The notes under the pieces are model-generated. The model was not told the origin of the DNA and ran no database searches. It worked only from the letters and a program-made list of their open reading frames with translations. A stretch of DNA of 64,000 nt from Octopus vulgaris (lineage: Eukaryota), in NCBI GenBank assembly GCA_951406725.2, contig OX597815.1, positions 128,836,001 through 128,900,000 of the forward strand, in the 5' to 3' direction. Shown here in pieces: positions 55,119 through 64,000 of this stretch. The position numbers and the translations under genes are program-made. Each line of letters starts with the position of its first letter. Position 1 is the first letter of the stretch.

Positions 55119-55122
<4 letters not shown>
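53842..55122 (-). mobile_element. Full-length (about 1.28 kb) decayed mariner transposon; transposase pseudogene 53918-54939
   Basis: Degenerate TIRs ttgggtcatcccataaata / tatttatgtgctgacttaa with TA flanks. Translation MELTKEHIQHIFLYEFNKG..WVPHKL..IVTGDEKWV..HQDNARPH..PYSLDIA..DYHLF contains stops and frameshifts. Confidence 0.92.
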
Positions 55123-55149
<27 letters not shown>

Positions 55150-56277
55150 CATCATCATCATCATCATCATCATCGTTTAACATCCATCTTCCATGCATGC
55201 ATGGGTAGGATGGTTCACAGGAGCTGGCCAGGTAGAAAAACTATCCTATGCTACTCTGTTTTGACAGGGTTTTTACAGCTGCATGCCCTTCCTAACACAA
55301 ACCACTCTGCTGAGTGGACTCAGTGCTTTTTACGTGGCACTAGCACAGGTGAGGTTAGTTTTGGCATGAGTTTTACAGCTGGATGCTTTTCCAAATCCGA
55401 ACCACTTTACAATGTAGACTGGCTGCTTTTCATGTGGCACCAGCACTGGCAGGATCTTGCAAGACAAAGAATTAAGAGAGGGGCAAGTGCGTGTGATTTA
55501 GTGGTTAGGGGCATTTGGCTTACAATCCTCACACACTGACACATATTAAGAACTCCTTCTCTTTCACACTTTTGCTCATTTCCCATTCAGTCTTCAGTCT
55601 TTCAAATTTTCACTCCTCCTTAGATTAATTATTTAGTTTTTTGCGTTGATGATGGCAAGGAGGAAAAAGAAAAGAACATTGCTACATCTCTTTCTTTCTT
55701 TGTCTTTTTTTTCTAGATTTTCATTGAACTATTTTTCATATATTTTTTTGCCTGCACTTTTCCCCTATATTTTTACTTTTACTTCCACTTTCTCCCCTCT
55801 TCTCTTCTATCCCCCTTTCTCTCCTTTCCTTCAGTTTAACATTTTATATTTTGTCTTTATCTACTGATGTAACCACTACAGACTAGATTACTCCTACCCT
55901 CATCTGTCATACAGGTGCTTGCAAAATGTGTGAGGCTGCCAAGTACGTTGTTCTCAATATCACAGCTTTGGGAGTTAATGAGACAAATAGATTGTCAACT
56001 GGTAAACCTTTTTGTGTTCAATTTTGAGTGTTCTCTCACGACTGTATAAACAATGACACATTATACACGCATACATATCCATTCATAAATACAAACACAT
56101 AGATACAAGCATATTTTACACATACATTTACATTTATATATATATATATATATATAGACTGGAGTAAACACATAAATGTGAAACAAGGTGGAAAAAAGAG
56201 TACTCAAATACCAGTGGTAGAGTAATATGCTTTATTTTAAGCAGCAGTAAAATTCAACAAAATCTGTTATATAAAAA

Positions 56278-56315
56278 CTGTCTGATGAACGGCAACGAGA
56301 AACTCAGAGTAACAG
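56278..56315 (+). ncRNA. Minimal type I hammerhead ribozyme motif inside an inverted repeat
   Basis: ctgt-CTGATGA-a-cg(gcaa)cg-a-GAAA-ctcagag-TA-acag. Helix I is ctgt/acag, helix II is capped by a GNRA loop, helix III is a near-palindrome, and the cleavage triplet is GUA. Confidence 0.72.
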
Positions 56316-56452
56316 ATTTTGTTGAATTTTCTGCTGCTTAAAATAAAGTATATATATATATATAACGGACGCTAAACGATGATGATGATGATGATGATAT
56401 ATACATGCACACATACATATATAAAATATATATATATGTATATTAATGTGTG

Positions 56453-56502
<50 letters not shown>

Positions 56503-56979
56503 GATATATATGCATATATACATATAAATATATGTGTGTGTACGTATATAGGTGTGTGTGTATGCACACACACAACACACAGATACACAAACAAACAAAC
56601 AAGTAAATATACATATAAAAACACAGGAACTGTCAAGTCACTGAATTAGCATGTAAGTGGGTATTCCATAGACATGTGTATCCTTAATGTAATTCTCAGA
56701 GTGTGCATATAATAAGGCTCAGTCACAGGTACAATCCATTTGACAAGCTTCTTTCCACACAACATCCAGTGACCCAATTTTACTCACAAAGCTTGGCTCA
56801 AACCAAGGTCTTGTAAAGAAAGAATGCTTGTCCAAGATGCTACGTTGTGGCATTGAACTTCTGGCAAAGGCTGGCTGTCTGTCTGTCTGTCTGTCTTTGT
56901 CATCCTTGTTGTTGTTGTTATTGTTTCATGTCTGCTTTCTATGCTGGTATGGGTTGGAAGTGGGCTTGACAGGTTACTC

Positions 56980-57381
56980 TCTCTCTCTTTTACTTGTTTC
57001 AGTCATTTGACTGCGGCCATGCTGGAGCACCACCTTTAGTCGAGCACATCGACCCCGGGACTTATTCTTTGTAAGCCCAGTACTTATTCTATCGGTCTCT
57101 TTTGCCGAACCGCTAAGTGACGGGGACGTAAACACACCAGCATCAGTTGTTAAGCAATGCTAGGGGGACAAACACAGACACACAAGCACACACACGCATA
57201 TACATATATATACATATATACGGCAGGCTTCTTTCAGTTTCCGTCTACCAAATCCACTCACAGGGCATTGGTCGGCCCGGGGCTATAGCAGAAGACACTT
57301 GCCCAAGATGCCACGCAGTGGGACTGAACCCGGATCCATGTGATTGGTAAGCAAGCTACTTACCACACAGCCACTCCTGCG
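56980..57381 (-). mobile_element. SINE family A, CpG-rich (apparently young) copy
   Basis: Reverse complement of family A that retains many CpGs. Confidence 0.85.
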
Positions 57382-57493
57382 TTAGTCACAATTTGAATCT
57401 ATTCTTATTTGGAGGTTATTGTCCTTCTAGGTGTGGCTAGAGGACAATACCTCACTCATCTGCTTTTCTTTTTGACATAGTTTCCAGTTTCCA

Positions 57494-57547
<54 letters not shown>

Positions 57548-60500
57548 ATATAAGTATATATGTGAGTATGTGAGTATGTGTATACACACACACACACAAA
57601 TGTATTCACACAAGTGCATATGCATAAAAGCAGGGCTTACTGAGATTTTACCTGAGAGCCCTAAAGTGCTAGGGTGCCCAATGCTAATCTATATATGTTG
57701 TGATTGTGTATGTAAAGGCACCTGTGCATTACTTGGCCCTGCTGGGCAGCTATAATGCATAAGGCTATGAAAGTTTACATTTGTATCCTGAATAACATGT
57801 CTCCATTATATTTTCACTATCTTATGTATGTTTCAATAAGAAATAGCAATTTCACTTTTATTTGCATGACACTGAGTTTCAATCATGCAGTAAAGGCAGT
57901 GCTCCAGCATGGCTGCAGTCAAATGACTGAAACAAATAAAAGTATAAAAGTATATTCATTTGTTCATTCCATAAGCTCTCTAATTTCTTTATTATGTATC
58001 TTCTTTAAAACAACAGTTATGAGATAATTATATTTTGAAGAGATTCAGAATATGCAATATTTTTTTTTATGTCTTTGCAATCAGAATGGCATTAGCATTT
58101 GAGAATTTACAATTCTTCTTTTTTATATGTGCATGTGTATGTTTATGAATATATAAAAAAAATTTTAAAAACCTTCTTATTTACAAATATATTATATATA
58201 TAAATATATATTTATATATTATATGTAAAATATAGTTCATGTATAAGAAATATATATATATATGCTTCATTTATGTAAATATATTTTGAATTTGAGATGT
58301 ATAAAAATACTTTGTTTGCATTTGTAATTACACTTTTATCATCATCATCGTCATCGTCATCGTCATCGTCATCATCATCATCATCATCATCATCATTCAC
58401 TTTGTCAGGCTTGCATGAGTTGGTTAGAATTCATCAAGGCAGATTTTCTACGGCTGGATGCCCTGCCTTCCACCAGCCTTCACCTGTTTCCAAGTAAGAT
58501 ATTATTTTCCTCGTGGTTGGGCATGTTTTCATGGCATATTAGAAGTTGAATGCCATTGCTTGTATGACCATGACACTGACTTAACAATGCAATATCAAAT
58601 AAAGAGGATATACAACCACACATGCACACACATACATACATGCATACAAAAGAAAAACAAAAAAAACATCTAGTACTCTGTAAAATGGTTGGCATTAAGA
58701 AGGGCATCCAGCCATAGAAATCATGCCAAGACACTGGGGCAAGACAGGCCCATTGATCTGTTAGATTCTGCCAAAATGTCTAATCCATAGCAGCATGGTA
58801 AGCAGATGTAAAATGAAAATGAGCTGATGAAATTAATATATATGTATGACAGGCTTCTTTTAGTTTCCACCTGCCAAATCCTCTCACATGGTTCAGGTCA
58901 GTCCAGGGGTTACAGTAGAAGGTACTTGCCCAAGATGTCACACAGTGGGTCTGAACCCAAAACCATTTGGTTGGGAAGCCAATTTCTTAACTACACAGTC
59001 ATGCCACCGCTATCTTTAATAAATTGAAAGAACAAAAATATTTTAAATTTTCAGAAAGTGAGACAGTACATTTACTTAATGCTTACATCATTCAATACAC
59101 ATTAGGTACATTATTTTGAAAGCTAATAACAGCTATTACAAGATATTTGTGCAAACTTGTTTAAAGAGAGAAAAAAAAAAACAATAAATAGGAATCACAA
59201 TCCAATGTTTTATAAATGTATTTATATATTCATAACAAGACTACAGAACAGAAATATCTTGTAATAGCTGTATATTAGTTTTTGAAAGGATGTTAAGTAA
59301 TGTGGATTTAATAATGTGAGTATTAAGTAATGTAGTGTTTTTCTTGATGGAAACTTAAAATGTTGTTGTTACAATTTTTAAAGATGAAAATGTAATTATG
59401 AACACAAAATATATTTATACATTTTGAATACAAATGAAATATATTTATACACACAGAAATTACTTTCTATATTCATAAAAGTATACATAGTTAAAAAAGT
59501 ATCAAAAAAGTATCTTGATTAAATAAAAAAAAAAAATTAAATTAAAAATTTTTTGTTCATTCTGAATCTAGTGTTTAAAGCATAGAAATCTAAAAGCCAT
59601 TTTTTCTCTTTAAAAAGATACATAATAAATAGTTAAATAAAGGGAGGGGATGTTAAAAGTTCACATTTAAACTGGTCATATCCAGCCCAAATATTCTGGC
59701 TGTTGTATGATCAAACCAGTCAGATTTGGTCTCTGATACCTACCCTACAACGTCACTCTAAAACCAAACAATCACTTCATTACATTTGTCAGAGTAATCT
59801 AAATGCTAAAGGGTTAAACAATTGAGCGTTAGTTCTCCCTGGACCAACTTTACCTTTCATCTAACCTGAGTAAATGAAAATTTATAGCAGCCATATCCTT
59901 TTGTTGTTCAAGGTGACCACTTTATAGATGTGTTTGCTGTAGTTGAAGGTATGTTTAAGGGAGGAGGCAACCAATTTGGCTACCATACAGGGTGGCCAAA
60001 ATCATGCTGTATTACTGCTAAAGAGGGTGTTTGATCTCACAGTGTATCATTTTGTGCAAGTATATCCAATCAAAGTCTCAGGTTGCCTCAAGTCTTGTGT
60101 GAGAAATATAGTAGATGAAGTCCCTGTGGTAGCTCTTTGAATGGACTGTTCCTATTTTTACTGATGGACCTAATCTGTTGCCTGGTTTAATAGCACCAAG
60201 TAGTCATTGGGTACTTTTAGCAAAGTCTGCTCTGATGCAATTATTTGTACTAATCTCTGGTCTGAGCACAGCTCCACTACATTCCTCCCATCAATCTGAG
60301 AGGCCCTAAACAGAGTCAAGGGCACTGTCCTTCATTCTCTTATGATGCAATAAAAAAAATTTAATTATAGTCCAGGTGGGTTTTGTTACTTAGTCCCCAC
60401 CTCACTCCTCTTAGCTCTGATCCAACACATCAAAAGAATTCAAACCATAACCATTCCATCTTAATTTTAAGAATATTATATTTCAGACAGATGCATTCAA

Positions 60501-62431
60501 TATGTGTGCAGTTTAAAGGAGATTTTAATGCTATTTCTAGCAATTTGAAAAACCTCATAAATGTTTCCTAGGTTTATCATAATAGGATGTATTCAGCTTA
60601 TTTATCTGGAATCATTATTATCTGGCAGTGTGCTCCCAGAGAACCAAACCGGCAGCACAACTAATTCTCATTTGAACTATTGACACATCGTCTCACTTAA
60701 CTATGATTTCCAGTCATCGTCACTGGTATGCAAGGGATGGGTGCCACCAAACGGAACTTAACCCTTGACATACCACATGAAGACAAATCTTTTTATAGCA
60801 AACCAAAGATGTGTTAAAAGTTACAGAACACTTTATTTTCCAGTGAAATTAGTCACTAATTGTAAATGTAATGTATCCTTAGTGTGAGATTTATTCATAG
60901 TTTTGAGATTAAGTCTAACAGCCTGTAAATGAAATGTGTTGGTGATGCCAAAGAATGGATCTCTATTCTGTTCTTAAGGATGCACATAGGAAAGTGATGT
61001 GACTGTGGGACACTGTTTAAGCTTTTATTAAACTGGGAAGAATACTAAAGTTGGTAAAATAAAGACAGGCTGATGCTCAGATCTTCACACAGTATTTATT
61101 GTTACCAAGATAATACTAGATGCAATGAATGATCTGGTAGAACAAAAGGAAGACAAGAAAGGAAAAGTTCCGTTCATGGTGGTTATTTATGTGTTCACAG
61201 AGGAACAAAAATAAAGGGTGAGTGTATGAATGTTGAAGATTTAGCCAGTATCTGTATAGAAAGTTCTTTTGACAGTTTATCATTATGTTGCTTAGCTGCT
61301 AAGTCTCACTGTATATTTTTTTAAGAATAGCTTCTTTTTATAAACTCTATAACAAATCTTTTTGGACAGATCTATCGAGAACACATCACCCGATTAGCAA
61401 CATCTGACAGCTGTTTACATATAATTTTTATTGGCTAGATTTTTGATGATGTCATTACTCAGTCCATAAAATTCCAATTGTCTGCAGATAAATTCCTGAT
61501 CAGATGCAACAAAGTCCTAGGTTCAAATCAAAGTAGAGCTCTGCTACAGGTTTTTAGAATTAGTGTTCTTACAAGTTTCTAGATTCTTGGAATTTGGCAA
61601 TGTTGATTGCAGTAATTACTGTTGTTTTGATTGAAGACCATGATTGGGGCCTCCAAGAGAAATTTTACAGGACAAGAACAAGATTGCTTTTGAGACATTG
61701 ATGCAATTGGATTCTCTTAAAATTTGAGGAGGCTGTGAAGTAGGGACTTTTTTTTCTTTCTTTTTGAGGAAGAAGCCCATTGGATATTCATGGACCCCCT
61801 TTTTTTTTTTATTTCTCTGGAGTCTGGACTGACATACCTGCTGAATCCCCACCTCTTATAGGTGCAGCCCATGATCGGAGCTATCCATTTCAGAGAAATT
61901 AACAATCTTGTTATTTTAGGATCATTCAAGATATCTCATGGGGAAAGTATCCTTTCTACTTTTATTGTATAAGATTATGATTTAATGGAGATTTGGCTAC
62001 TATTTCTAGCACACAGACCAACTACATAATGGCTTCCTTGATGGTTCACAGTATAAATGGTTGAAGATACTGGGAGTGTAATAATTTCTTCAGGACTTAG
62101 GGAAGAAAAGCCATATTGAACAAGTCTATAAAGAAGCTTCTATGTGGTTGCTTGGATGTAAAGATGTCATTTTGATTGACAATTTGTGAATAGATTTATT
62201 GGGGCTATTGAGAAATGAATGAAAATATATTCATATAAATGTCTGTATTACACAATTGTTTGGATGTGTCCAGTGAGAGTTCATAAATTGAAAATGAGGA
62301 TGTTTGACATGAAAAAAAAATTGGAAGAGTGAAGAAGTACAGCTGGATGGTGACAGTGAGAAAGAAAGGAGTGATGACAGCATAAATAATTTCTGTGTGT
62401 GTGTGTGTATGTGTGTGTATGTGTGTGTGTA

Positions 62432-62468
<37 letters not shown>

Positions 62469-63476
62469 GGAGATGCAGGCAGTGAAATAGATGGAGAGTG
62501 AATTGATGAGAATTATACTGAGAAGGAAAGGAAAGGAAAGAAGTATTGGGTCATTGTTCACATAAGGTTTATAGTGACTCCACATCTAGTTTATACATAA
62601 ATATATACATACATGTATATACACACACACATGCACACACATGGAGTATACTGCTGATATAGTTTGTGAATTTCCCAACAAAATCTAAATACCATTCCCT
62701 TCCTTTCTTATTTCCTTGTTTTAATTACACTTTTACTAATATTATTCATCTCACAGCTGACAGAAAGGCTAAAGAACCTAACTAGATGCTTTTCCTAGAG
62801 ATGTATTGTGGTTTCACATTTCATAGCTCAAATCCTAATAAATGTCATTCCAGGATCTTTGAAATAGATACCACTTTTATACTGTAGGTATCATCTGGCT
62901 AAAATAATCTAAAGCACAAAATATAGGTTGGGGATCTAGTTTATGGTGACACCTTGAGTGTAAATCATGGTTTTCATTTTCTCTTCTGTCTTGTTATTTT
63001 TGTTCTTATACACCCTACCCACCCACCCACACACATGTGCATGTATACATATGGAGAGATGGATGGACAAATAGATGGATAGATTATATCATATCTAACT
63101 CCTGTGTATTAAACTGCCCTAAATGATAAGTGATATCCTATTATTAGATATAAAAAGTTATTATACAGGAATGTCAAATATATTTGTGTGTGTGTGTGTG
63201 TGTGTGTGCGCACACACATATATATATACAAAAATATGTGTGTATGTGTGTATATATGACTGTATGCATATATGTATATGTATGTATATGTATATATATA
63301 TGTGTGTGTGTGTATGTATATGTGTGTGTATATATATATGTGTGTGTGTGTGTGTGTATATATATGTATATATATGCATATATATGTATATATATATAAG
63401 TATATATATATGTATGTATGTATATATGTATATATACATTTGTATGTATGTATGTATGTATGTATGTCTATATATC

Positions 63477-63527
<51 letters not shown>

Positions 63528-63643
63528 TATATACATATATATATATATATATACTGTTGTGTCTGGGCAGAGTCATTTTCTTTATGAGCCTTATTATGTA
63601 ACACACTCACCGGTAAAATTTCCACTTTTTTCTTATTTTTATT

Positions 63644-63690
63644 GTCCTAAAATTTTCGTTGCGTCTTGCAACCTTTTCAATAGTCTTGAC
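63644..63690 (-). ncRNA. Putative atypical hammerhead motif (UUGAAAA core, U3-A8)
   Basis: Minus strand gtc-aaga-cta-TTGAAAA-g-gttgc(aagac)gcaac-GAAA-at-TT-tag-gac. Helix II is 5 bp, aaaatttt is palindromic, and helix I is cta/tag plus gtc/gac. Confidence 0.42.
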
Positions 63691-64000
63691 TCTGTTCATT
63701 ATTTACACTGCGTTCCTTTTTGTTTGTTTGTGCGCATGTGTGTGGGTCAGTGTGTGTGTGCCTATACATGCATGCATGTATATATGTATGTATGTTTGTG
63801 TTTGCATAGAAAATGCACAAACACAGACATGCAAGCACAGAAATATGCAGGATACGTACATACAGATGCACACACATATATACATATATATACATATGCA
63901 TACGCACACATATATACATACATATGCAAACACACACATACATACATACGTACATGCATGCATGTATAGGCACACGCACACACACACTGACCCACACACA

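Noticed and set aside
57631-57741. Small cagggc...ggccctg element as a hAT MITE
   Set aside because: The TIR is only about 6 bp and there is no 8-bp TSD.
59940-61950. Microsatellite-poor stretch that might be coding or retroelement-derived
   Set aside because: I found no long open frame and no motif I can identify with confidence. A tBLASTx or Dfam search is needed.

Overview
AT-rich, microsatellite-saturated animal genomic DNA. Its SINE/LINE/MITE complement looks like an Octopus (coleoid cephalopod) genome; this is an inference from the repeat types. At least 1-38.6 kb lies within one minus-strand protein-coding gene, which probably extends further upstream. I can trace four in-frame exons (38458-38556, 32783-32950, 12416-12481 and a large acidic exon from 1489 that runs off the left edge), all joined in phase 1. 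They encode a Lys-rich and then Asp/Glu-rich, probably disordered region I cannot name. The rest is decayed mobile DNA: tRNA-derived SINE families (often nested), RTE, CR1/L2, R4/Dong and L1/Tx1-like LINE fragments, a full-length dead mariner, piggyBac- and Tc1-type MITEs and a hAT relic. Most ORF-track entries are microsatellite artefacts. The most interesting signal is four short non-coding elements next to (TA)-rich repeats, each with a minimal type I hammerhead-ribozyme motif (2770-2814 +, 15943-15993 - truncated, 56278-56315 +, 63644-63690 - with a U3-A8 variant core). Three sit in or beside an inverted repeat, which fits Penelope-like retroelement (PLE) or retrozyme relics. All folds were made by eye and none has been tested.
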